Source: a virus (lineage: Duplodnaviria > Caudoviricetes). From it: a stretch of DNA of 64,000 nt. Made by a program: the position numbers and the translations under genes. Numbering within the stretch: the stretch's first letter is position 1; every line of letters begins with the position of its first letter. Positions 29,556 through 40,100 of the stretch are shown in pieces. The stretch is from the IMG/VR virus record IMGVR_UViG_3300029705_000042, one strand, 5' to 3'. Under the pieces are notes generated by a model. That model saw only the letters and a program-made list of their open reading frames with translations. It had not been told where the DNA came from and did not search any database.

Positions 29556-30305
29556 TTACGGCTGAAAACGTGGAATAGGCTGAAGCTTGAAAAGATTTTT
29601 CTGATGCATTTCGTCAATTCTTCTTCTTGTTTCTTCATCTTCACATATGCCTGTACGAATATATTTATTCAGAACTTCATAAGTAAAACCAAATCTATCT
29701 TCGTCTGTCTTACCACAAAGTCCATCAGAAGGAATTTTATGTGTGAGTTCATAAGGAAGACCACAAGCATCACCAACTGCAACTACTTCTTCGCTTGTGA
29801 GATTTGCAAGCGGACAAAAATCACCAACATTATCTCCCCAACGAGTTGAGTAGCCGATATAACTCTCAGAAGCATTATCTGTGCAAGCTACTCTGCCATT
29901 AACAGACTGAGATATTGCATAGAGAGTTGCCATACGAATACGAGGAGGGAGATTGATAGCAGTCTGCTGAGAAATATTTTTATCAAATACAAGTTTGAGC
30001 TGTTCACTAATTGCTTCTTTTACTCCGCAAACTGCGTCGCTAATATCTGCCATAATACAATGAATATCAAGATAGTTAACTAAATAAATAGAATCATTAA
30101 TATCTAATTGCTCTCCATTTGGCATCAATACACCAATAACTCTATCATTGCCAAGAGCTTCTGCACAAAGTGCAGCAACTACACTCGAATCCTTACCACC
30201 AGAAATGCCAATTACGGCGTTGCAACCATTACCGTTTTCCTCAAACCAATCTCTAATCCAAGCAACGATTCTATCTTTTACTTCTACTGCATTAAAATTA
30301 TTCAT
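29556..30305 (-). CDS. nadE: NH3-dependent NAD+ synthetase
   Basis: GISGGKDS, RIRM, GYSTRWGD, PSDGL, TDE; start MNNF after RBS. Confidence 0.95.
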   Translation of the reverse strand: MNNFNAVEVKDRIVAWIRDWFEENGNGCNAVIGISGGKDSSVVAALCAEALGNDRVIGVLMPNGEQLDINDSIYLVNYLDIHCIMADISDAVCGVKEAISEQLKLVFDKNISQQTAINLPPRIRMATLYAISQSVNGRVACTDNASESYIGYSTRWGDNVGDFCPLANLTSEEVVAVGDACGLPYELTHKIPSDGLCGKTDEDRFGFTYEVLNKYIRTGICEDEETRRRIDEMHQKNLFKLQPIPRFQP

Positions 30306-30705
30306 ATACAATCTCCTCATTTTCAATCTTAGTGATTAACTTGTCCAACATTCTATATACAGAAGGCAAACCGCCTCTATCATCAATATAAACATTTCCA
30401 TAAGTCTTACGACCACCGACACATACGGAGCTGTCACAATTAATACCTTTATATTTAATGTTGTTATCTGCCAAATACTTTTCTATTTCAGGATACTCCT
30501 CTTCTCCATTACCAGTTAAAACCACAACTTCTGAATAATTTTCCCATCTATGAAGCAAAGAAATAACATCGTCATATCTTCTTCCTACTTTATGAAAATC
30601 ATAAATTGTATCGTCAAAGTCAACACAGAAGATGAGCCTTCCATATTTCTTAAACTCATCTTCTATTCTTTGATAACAATTTTCTTCTGAAAGATAAAAA
30701 TCCAT
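30298..30705 (-). CDS. HAD-superfamily phosphatase-like protein
   Basis: VDFDDT, LTG, K, YIDDR. Confidence 0.75.
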   Translation of the reverse strand: MDFYLSEENCYQRIEDEFKKYGRLIFCVDFDDTIYDFHKVGRRYDDVISLLHRWENYSEVVVLTGNGEEEYPEIEKYLADNNIKYKGINCDSSVCVGGRKTYGNVYIDDRGGLPSVYRMLDKLITKIENEEIVYE

Positions 30706-32201
30706 TAAAACTTACCTCCGTGCAATATATCTCTAATTTCTGCGAGAGACTGTTCTTTAACCATCACTCCGTCCTTAAACACAGAGACCAATCTATTGTA
30801 ATTATTCTCATAAGCTTCCTGCCAAGAATAACCATCCTCATATGTAAGTTCTTTTGTATATCCTCTCCAATCAATAGACTCAAGTTGGTCAACAATACAA
30901 CAGCCCTTCTGAGACTTCTTGAAGCCACCATCTTTTGGATTCTTAAAAATAGGAGTTGGCTTACCATCAATCTCACAATAAGTTGCCTTGATGCAAGAAC
31001 TGAAAGTATCACGAGTAAAAGGCTTCAGAATACCGTCTTCTTCGACACACTGGAATGAGAAAGAACCAACACCAAGAGCAACATTAGAACAAGCAAAACC
31101 GTTCTCCATAAGAATCTGATAAATCTGTTCACAACGCTGGATAGTAATGCTATCTCCATAAATTGCCTTTACATGAGGGTCAAGAACCTTATAACCCTTG
31201 CTATTGATAGTGCCACCAAAAATATCCCAAAGTTTAAATACAGTCTTGGTTACGACTTCAACACAATCACCAGAATCTCCACGCATAAGCATACAACCAT
31301 TATGTGCAAGGATTTCATTCTTAAGCTTAGGAAGAATATTATCAATCACATTCCAATAATCATAAGAATCGAGTACGGCAGAAAAACTTGTGTTGGGATA
31401 AATTTCTGTGAGCAATCTTCTGAGAAGAGTTTCTTCATCACCATCAACAGCATAGTTACTACACATTACGGAGTGCTCGGTAGAAGGTGAACCAAAAGCC
31501 ACAGGTTCTTTTGTGCAATCACAATTGTAATAAGCCTCAAGATAAGGAATGGTAGGAACAGTTGCAGTAAGCAAGAATGACAGACACCATCCAGCACCTG
31601 CCTTTTCAGCAGACTGAAGACATTCTTCTCCTCTGAAGTCAAATGCACCAAGTGCTTTTGCTCTCGGAATACTATCATCACAAGTAAGGTCGTAATACTT
31701 ATTAACAATCTCTCTGTATGTATAACCTACCGTTGCAGCAAGCATAAGATGCCACATTTCAGCAGAAATAAGAGATTCAAGAGACTGAGGCAACCAAGCA
31801 AAATCAGGATGAGTATTGGTTATGCCAAACATTGGTACATGCATCGGCACGAGAGTACCTTCGGGAAGGGCAATAATTTCGATAGGAAGATAACCGAGCT
31901 GATGGAGCTTTTCAATCTTATCAATCTTATAAGCATCTTTGCCGAGAGTAGTATCCATTATTCTCTTGTATTCAGAGATAACCTCATCAAAGGGCTTGTT
32001 GAAAAACTCATCATTAAAGTAATCAATCAGATAGGTCTTGATGAATCCCTGCAAACCGAACATAACTACTTTGTCCCATCTCTTCACTCGGCTCATACGA
32101 GGAGTAAAGTAAGATACAGACTTAGTAATATTTTTAGGGAGCATTTCAGCGTGTACCGCCTTGTAAAAATCAATTAGCAACATAGGATTTGTTCTTCTCA
32201 T
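30705..32201 (-). CDS. NAMPT/NadV-fold phosphoribosyltransferase (Namat-like), probably nicotinate-preferring
   Basis: DFYK, FRG, TEHSV, DSYD, RGDSGD, IYGDSIT, KS.KG. Confidence 0.9.
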   Translation of the reverse strand: MRRTNPMLLIDFYKAVHAEMLPKNITKSVSYFTPRMSRVKRWDKVVMFGLQGFIKTYLIDYFNDEFFNKPFDEVISEYKRIMDTTLGKDAYKIDKIEKLHQLGYLPIEIIALPEGTLVPMHVPMFGITNTHPDFAWLPQSLESLISAEMWHLMLAATVGYTYREIVNKYYDLTCDDSIPRAKALGAFDFRGEECLQSAEKAGAGWCLSFLLTATVPTIPYLEAYYNCDCTKEPVAFGSPSTEHSVMCSNYAVDGDEETLLRRLLTEIYPNTSFSAVLDSYDYWNVIDNILPKLKNEILAHNGCMLMRGDSGDCVEVVTKTVFKLWDIFGGTINSKGYKVLDPHVKAIYGDSITIQRCEQIYQILMENGFACSNVALGVGSFSFQCVEEDGILKPFTRDTFSSCIKATYCEIDGKPTPIFKNPKDGGFKKSQKGCCIVDQLESIDWRGYTKELTYEDGYSWQEAYENNYNRLVSVFKDGVMVKEQSLAEIRDILHGGKF

Positions 32202-33004
32202 AATTCAAATACCTCAATCTTTTCATGTTCTTTTGTAAAAATACTATTAGTTGTATAAACTCTTTCAATTAAACCGCTTGTAAGAAGTTCTCCTTCAAGG
32301 ATGGTGTTCTCGCAATGAGTTATATAAAGATATACGTTCTTAGCACCAGCTTCTTTTAACGCCTTGGCAGAGTGATAGAAAGTACCACCACGAGAACAAA
32401 TATCATCAATAATTAAGACATCTTTATCTCTTACAATATCTCTATTCATTAGTTCAAGACCAAGAATCTTACCCGTTTCCCAATCACGCTTTTTAATTCC
32501 GAAAGCATAAGCACCCTTTACATAATCCGTACCACGCTTCATTGCACCTTCATCTGGATAAAAAGCAACTAAATTAGTTTTATTCGGGATAGCTGCAATT
32601 GTTTTATCAATCATTTCCTGCGGATGTTTAACCTTAACATTATTGATAAGTGCCGTACAAACATTGCTATGTGGGTCAAGGATTCTAACCTCAGTAAAAT
32701 TAAGACTATTAATCACATCGGCAAAATGCTTCAAAGTAAAAAATTCATTAGGACTTTTAACTCTATCCATACGAGCGTGTGGACAATAAGGCATTTCAAG
32801 AATCATATCTTGTTTATCGAAATGTTTACGAATACAGATTATGGTAAACAGTTCGGCATCATTTTCATAATGCCAAGTAAGCCTCTTTGCACTTTTACCA
32901 AACCAATCTAAACTAAAAATAGGCTCTGCATAGTCAGTTTCAATTCTTAAAGAGTTATCTGGAAAATGAGCCTGTGTTACAAGCTTGTCGTTTATTTTAA
33001 TCAT
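32198..33004 (-). CDS. PRPP-synthetase-like protein (Adps-like candidate)
   Basis: FPD, PY.P.ARMDR, DPHS, PDEGA, K.RD..TG, IIDDICSRGGTF. Confidence 0.9.
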   Translation of the reverse strand: MIKINDKLVTQAHFPDNSLRIETDYAEPIFSLDWFGKSAKRLTWHYENDAELFTIICIRKHFDKQDMILEMPYCPHARMDRVKSPNEFFTLKHFADVINSLNFTEVRILDPHSNVCTALINNVKVKHPQEMIDKTIAAIPNKTNLVAFYPDEGAMKRGTDYVKGAYAFGIKKRDWETGKILGLELMNRDIVRDKDVLIIDDICSRGGTFYHSAKALKEAGAKNVYLYITHCENTILEGELLTSGLIERVYTTNSIFTKEHEKIEVFEL

Positions 33005-33006
33005 AA

Positions 33007-33525
33007 TTACTCTCCAATTATATTAATCTGGCACATCTTCATAGTTGTAAGTGCTGCCTTGTGCGTTTCGGGAGTTACACCAGCACAACAACTTGCATCA
33101 ACTGTAATGTTAGCGTTGGGGAACTGCGCCTTAAGGATAAGTGCGTTAGATACTACACATATATCAGTACAAAGACCTACAAGTTCAATGTCTTCGAAAT
33201 CGTCAAATTCACATTCATAATTCCAAAGAGTATAGCCAAAAGTTCTTTTGTTGATATGCTTGTATTCAGGATAATTTACTGCATCGGCAATTATCCAACC
33301 ATATGTTCCATTAATACAATGCTCAACAGGAAGATGCTTACCCTCGTTTGTTTCAAGATAATTAGTCTGATGGGTGTCTCTCGTAAAAATAATCTCATCG
33401 CCACGAGCCTTATATTCTTCAATCTTCTTTTTTACATTCGGTACAATAGCCTGTGCCTCTTTAGTGCCAAGAGCACCGTCAATAAAGTCGTTCTGCATGT
33501 CTACTACAATTAATGTTCTTTTCAT
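33007..33525 (-). CDS. pncA: nicotinamidase (isochorismatase family)
   Basis: VVDMQNDF, DTH, HC, K.TF, GLCTDICV. Confidence 0.88.
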   Translation of the reverse strand: MKRTLIVVDMQNDFIDGALGTKEAQAIVPNVKKKIEEYKARGDEIIFTRDTHQTNYLETNEGKHLPVEHCINGTYGWIIADAVNYPEYKHINKRTFGYTLWNYECEFDDFEDIELVGLCTDICVVSNALILKAQFPNANITVDASCCAGVTPETHKAALTTMKMCQINIIGE

Positions 33526-33556
33526 TTCATTTTTCTCCTTTTGTTACCTTAATAGT

Positions 33557-33639
33557 ATAACTTTAATTGTTATTAAGTGATAAAACCGTAAAATGTTTTA
33601 TACCAATGATATTATAACATAAATACTCTGAATTGTCAA
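33557..33639 (-). promoter_or_regulatory. sigmaA promoter (33611-33639) and downstream ATAAC-N7-GTTAT palindrome (33557) of the NAD operon
   Basis: TTGACA-17-TATAAT; ATAACtttaattGTTAT. Confidence 0.8.
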
Positions 33640-33676
33640 TACTTTTTTTAAAAAAATATCATTTAAAATTAAGTTT

Positions 33677-36532
33677 TTAAAGCTCTTCGGTATAATGATT
33701 GATGGTGTATATAATATCATCTGCACAATTTTTACAATACATTACTTGTGAGCTTAATTTTTCATATGGACTTTTTTCTAACTCACGACTGTATGACGAT
33801 ATAGCATTTGCACAGTCACTAATATCATATTCATACTTGGGCTTAGGATTAAGCTCTGCTTCACCGACAGTGATTGTATAATAATGTTTTCCCACAATCT
33901 CTTTTCCACATCTATCACAATGCAACTTAACCATAGATTACTCTCCCCACTTTCCAGTGTATCTTTCAATAAACTTTTCAGGAACAAATTCTGTATTTAC
34001 ACTAATATACGGACTTCTTTCAGTTTCATCTACATAACAAGTAATGGTAATACCACATCTGTACTTATAATCATTAACAATCTTTTCTGCATTATCAATC
34101 AAAGACTGACCACAATCCTTAATATTCTGAATGATATCATTATTCATCTTAGCCATCTAACTTACCTCTTAAAATATAATTTTTATGTATCCTTCTTTTC
34201 TTCTCTGCAATGTACACTGTCCCAATCATAATCTGCATCCCTTACCATTTTCGCAATCTCTCTCAAGACATCATTGTATGCAGCATGTTTCCCATTGACA
34301 AAGCCCCTTTCGTAATCGGTTTTACAATGTCCAAAATTCATTAGCCTCTTTGAACGAGAACAAAAATACTGCAAATTATATAAAAGTTTTCTGTATTTTT
34401 TTATATTAATACTTCTCATTATCGTACTCTTTCCCAACGAATAGTTTCAGGGAATATATGGTTGGAATCAAAAAACTTAATAGTGTTATGACAAACAGGA
34501 CAATTTATGCAATTGTAATGCTGCTTGTAAACATTAATATATTCTTCGGTTGGTCTAAAAAGATGTTCACAAGTCTTCCTTAGACCACCTCGTTTTTCTT
34601 CTACCAAGTGAAACATATCCGAATCCGTATATTCCAAATCGGTGTTACAAAATCGACAGGTTGTTCTGTGAACTTTTTCATATCCTTTTTTAACTACTCT
34701 CATATTAGCCTCTTTAATATCTTCAATTCACAATGCAAACAGGTGTTACATCTTCTTTGGTCAATTCATATTCCTCAAGGTATTCTTCAAGGTCTTCTTC
34801 TCTGTACATCTCGCCATCTTCGTCAACATATCTAAAACTTGGGTCAAAATATACTTCGTGATATCCATTACCTTCGTCATCCGTAGCATACCAACAATCA
34901 AGGTCGCCATGCTCTGCCATAAACTCCTGCAAATTCTTAATCATCTCTGAAATCTTCATAATTAGTTCTCCTTTAAAAATATTATCAACTTGATATTGTT
35001 AACTTCTCAATAAAACCCTTCATTAATTCCTTAATGAAATCTTTGTCTTCGTTATCGTCCATACATTCGGATTGAGCATACCATTCATCGGAACCAACAG
35101 ATTTATAAATCACATATTCACCAAATCCAATATCAGAAGCCCATCTAATAACGAAGCCAACAAATTTATCGTTTACAAATGGTTCAATGTCATAAGCTTC
35201 TAAATTAATCTTATTAACCTCATGCTTTCTTGCCATATTTACACCTCTTAAAAGTATATTTTTATTTGTTCAGGCTCTTTTAAATCCCAATCGTTATGCC
35301 CAAGACTATACATTTCTTCGTAACATTGTTCGGTTATTGGTATAGCAATACAATTAGGACATCCAATTTGTTTGCACAATTCTTCTGGTGTTATAGGTAA
35401 TTCATTTTTAACATAACAAAGAGGAACTTGTGAACTTGTGCAAATTTTATAATACTTCATATTCTTATCACCACTTAAAGTTTCATTTTTTATGTTGCCA
35501 ATCCAATACTCTCAATTCTAAAATCAGATATCTTTCCATCTTCAATTTTATTAATAATAATATTAGCACCACTATGAAATACAACGCCATCTAATGTCAT
35601 TCTGCAAACTTGATTCTCATAATCCCAAGTACTAATATTATCGGTAACAAAACCAATAACCTTATCTTGATATCTACTCTCCTTATCTTTGTAAATAATC
35701 GGAGTGTTTATACTAAAATTACTAATAGCATTTTCAACAGCTTCTTTGGTAAATACAGTTCCATTCTTATTTGGCGTATCAAATGCAATAGGCATTGTAA
35801 TTTTTATCTTAATCAAATCATCTTTCATAATTGTTCATCCATTAAAACTCTATTTTTATTAGATACCAGATTACTTTTCTTTACAGTTTACATAGGCAGC
35901 TTTAAAATATGTTTCTGTATATTCGCCCATACCATATCCCTTGGTTCTTGAACTAACTGAAATATCAACATTATCAGTTGTAACTGTATATCCTTCTCTA
36001 TTTAAATAATCTGCAATAATTTCTTTTACATCACTTTCTGAAAGTTCAATTCTAATATTCTTTTTAATCTTCATATTATTCACCTTTTAAATTCTTTTGC
36101 TTCTTATCCAAACATTCACCTAAATCTTTTAAAACATTATAGATGTTACGATAAAATCCATATTTTGATACAACTTCTACTCCAAGTTCTTCCAGATGGT
36201 TTATTGCTAAATCCAATTTTCGTTTCTCTTCCATTTCTTCTTCGAAGGTTTGGTCATACGCTAAAACTCCAAAATTGAGGTCTAAAGCTCTCTCTACATA
36301 TTTATCGCTTGAAATACTACTAATACTACTCATGTTTTTATCTCCTTTTAAAATTTTATTTTTATTAGCTCTTTACTATCTTTCTACGCTTGCATTTCTT
36401 ACAAACATATACCCATTTATGATATGAAGGTATACTATCGTAGTAACTATCATACACTGGAACCTTTTCCATCAAACATTCCCATTCGTGCTTGCAAAAC
36501 CAAGAGCGAATTATATCGATTATATATCCCAT
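33677..36532 (-). other. array of small accessory genes (33677, 33938, 34183, 34419, 34723, 34985, 35248, 35490, 35871, 36076, 36365-36532)
   Basis: Packed 55-112 aa ORFs with RBS, several Zn-ribbon-like, punctuated by palindromic sites. Confidence 0.75.
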
Positions 36533-36535
36533 AAT

Positions 36536-37198
36536 CTACCTCTTAAAGTTTGTTTTTATAGCCTTAATTCTTTTGCAACATACAACGCATAGCCCCAATT
36601 CAATTCTTTTGGTTGATTACAAATTTGCCTGTATGCCAAGAACATCATTTTTGCAATTACATCATACGAAACTCTACCAGTTAAACCACCAAAAGCAGGA
36701 ATTACTATACTGTCCACATCTTGTTTTAATGCTTCGATAAGTGTAGTTCTCATACATTGATAAACAATTCTGCTATCTACAATTTGCTCAGGAGTTCTCA
36801 TGCTTGGAGTATGAATTAGAATTGGATTACATTGCAGTATTCTTCCGTTATCTATTTGCTTATCATAAAACCTGCTTACAATTGGAACACTGATACTTGT
36901 TCCCACTGGTTGCTCTCCATACCAATCCATAAGAATTACATCTTGGACATCTTTCATAAGTTGCTTTCCAAAGTAATCTGTAATTGCTTTGTCGTAGCCA
37001 CCGTCCATAAGACCAAATGAGTTGGCAGGAGATACAATGGCTTCAATGTCTGGATGCTTACCCATAAAAGTTGCAAAATCTTCGTTTACGATTTCGACAT
37101 TTGGCAAATCAAAATATTTGTACCAAGCATCTGTCATTGATTTGTTGATATCCAATAAATATATCTTCATAATACTACCTCTTAAAAGTTTGTTTTTA
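36536..37198. repeat. 23/24-bp direct repeat flanking the macrodomain gene
   Basis: ctacctcttaaa(a)gtttgttttta at 36536-36558 and 37175-37198. Confidence 0.9.
36556..37170 (-). CDS. macrodomain (ADP-ribose binding/hydrolase) protein
   Basis: IVSPANSFGLMDGGYD.AI, HTPSM, PAFGGLTG. Confidence 0.9.
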   Translation of the reverse strand: MKIYLLDINKSMTDAWYKYFDLPNVEIVNEDFATFMGKHPDIEAIVSPANSFGLMDGGYDKAITDYFGKQLMKDVQDVILMDWYGEQPVGTSISVPIVSRFYDKQIDNGRILQCNPILIHTPSMRTPEQIVDSRIVYQCMRTTLIEALKQDVDSIVIPAFGGLTGRVSYDVIAKMMFLAYRQICNQPKELNWGYALYVAKELRL

Positions 37199-40100
37199 AG
37201 TGTTGCTTATAATCTCTTCAACTACGAATTTAGGGATATAAACAACTCCGTATTCTTCGTTAGTATCAAGATAATATTTTAAAGTTTTCTTTATATGGTC
37301 TGTATTGTAAATAAAATCTTTGCAAGTAATTTCTTTATCTGCAATTGTGCTATATTCACATATTGCATAATGCAAACATTTTTTACACTTCATGTTATCA
37401 CCACTTAAAATTCGTATTTTAAAATGCCATAATATGTCCCGATTCAACACCAAGTCGAGTAAGTTGTTCAACCTTGCGTTCAAGTTCGTCTACTTTTAAT
37501 CTAAGACTATCTCGCTCTTCAAGCACAACAGAATATTCTTCCATTGCTCTTGCTACCTTTAGACTTTGATTCTCTTTTGCCCTTAAAATCTCACATTCAG
37601 CATCAATATTCTTTTCTGCATTTTCCATAAGAAACTTGTAGTGTTTTCTACTAATCCACATAACTTCACCTCACAAATATTCTTTTTTTACTTTTTCCCA
37701 AAATTCTATTCGTTCTTTTGTAAGAACCTTCTTTGCAACATGTTTATCCGACACTCTTTTACCAATATAAGCGTGTCGGTGACAATAATGATACACATTG
37801 TTATCAATATTACAATGGAATGACTTTGGATGATTAGCTTCTCTGCAACATATACAACAGTATTCTTTTACCGTCATTCTCTCATTTGTAGTTTTAATTA
37901 AATCGGATTCACTTTTGAACTCTGAACAGCTCTCGCCATTAACCAGAACATCGTTGAAATTCGGTGCATAAACCGCACAAACTACATGATGAATACAATC
38001 CCTGCAAGTTGACATTATCAGCTTCCTCCAATATTTCTTCTGTGATTCGGCTTATTACTCTTATTACATCTGAAACTTTTACTTCATCTTTGTCGGTATA
38101 TGTTCCAAAGTATATTGCCACATCTTCTTGTATCTTTCGTACAATATTTACCCTGAGTTGTACAATACCATCATATATTTCATCAAGCATTCTCATTTGA
38201 TTTTGATGTTCTATTCTCGATTCTTCGCTTTGTTTTTTAAGAAGGATTACAGAACTATCAATATCATATTTTAAATCTTCGTTTTCTTTGATAAGTTCCT
38301 TGATAAGTTGTAAAACAATATCTGCCAAATCGCTCGAACAATTCTGTTCACAAATGCCTTTTGTTTCAAAATAACAGCCAACACAATTTGAAAAATTAGG
38401 CTGCGATGCAAAACATTCCAAAGCCTTTATAATTTTTTCTTTATCCATATTTACTTATTATACCTTTCAGTAAGTTTGTCAAGCTCATGAATGCATTCCC
38501 ATACCGCCTCTGCTCTTCCTTGATAAAACATTTGCCATTTTTCATCAAGTCTGCGTTTATCTGCATGATTTCTATATTTATGGTAGAGTTCAACGAGATG
38601 GATTCTTGTCTGCCACAAATCATTTACAATTTCACTCTGTTTATGGTAGCCCTGTTCTTTTACAATTCTCTCAATCGTTATACATTGAGTCATAGGCAAC
38701 TTTGTTTCATTCCATAGTTTCCAAGCAAATTTAGAATAACCACTCATACCCATCTCATTAAGATTTTGATAGTCATTTGTTGTACTTATATCAATATGTT
38801 TTTCTCTATCCATATCAACCTCTTAAAATATGTTTTTTATTCGTTTAAATCTTTCCATTCTGCATTGCCTGTTAATAAAGCATATATGCCAAGAGCTTTA
38901 TCTCCATGAAATATATTTACAATCTTTAAGTCGTTTTCTCTGATTCTTCCGACACATAAAGTTGGCGCATCAGACAAAGTGCAATCATAAGTTATCGTTA
39001 AGTAATCTTCCATATCAACCTCACAATGCTTCTAACTGCTTTTCAAGTTCATTAATTTTTTTATCGCAATACTCACGAATTATATTGGTTAATTCATTGT
39101 CGCACAAAGTAATTTCATCTTTACAATAAGCAGACAGCCATAAAAACTTCTTCATTAAGATATATTTCTTATAAGCACTATCACATATCCTTCGAAGCTT
39201 ACGATAATTCTTTAGCTCTTCGTGTATCTCTTCTGCCTTTTTATATGTTGCAATTGTCATATAATCTTACCTCTTAAAACACCCATTTTATTATTCTTCA
39301 TTCCAAACAATGCTCTCGTATTCTTCGGGCATTAACCAATAAGGATAAGCGTCACCAAATTCCTGTTCGCCATAATTATAATCAATGGCAACAATGCCAA
39401 GACCCTTTTCATCATATCGAACAGTCATAACATACTCGGCATTAAGCAAGAATATAACCGCATCTCTGATAGCGTTTTCAAATTCTTCCTGAGAATCATA
39501 TTTATTTCTACAAATTACAATCTGATTAACTTTGTTCATATATCTTTACCCCTTATTCCTTTATCTTTCTAAATCCGTAAACATACTTTGCAAACCGCTC
39601 CCAGTTCAAATGTAATTGGTCATAAAAATCTACCTTCTCACCGACATCAAGATTAACATAATACCTATAAGTTCGACGCTCTTCTCGCTCTTTATTCAAT
39701 CTGTCAAGCTCTTCATTGTCAATGTGAGGCACCCACGAAGTAATTACAATCTCACATTCCGCTCTGCTCCAAAAATGATACCGTGCAATACGATTTAATT
39801 TTTCAGAGAACTCATCATAGGTTAAATTTTCCTTTAATAGTTTTTCAACATCCTCTCTAAAAGAATGATGTTTAAACACATTATATATCTTTATCTCTCT
39901 ACCATTAATATCGTGGTCATATACATTCCAAATCATCTGATTCTTTTCGTTCATACTTTGCGCCCTCCTTTGATTTGGTCATAAATCTACTACACACCTT
40001 ACCGCCGCAAGCTGTTTCACAACCAACGAAATATTTACATTCAGGACACTCTCGCTTTATGTTTATTGCTTCGCTTTCTAACCACATCTTGATTACTTGT

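Noticed and set aside
35490-35828. Prohead-protease-like motif (PNKNG..F..E)
   Set aside because: Only 112 aa, in an accessory array, with no convincing catalytic residues or neighbouring head genes
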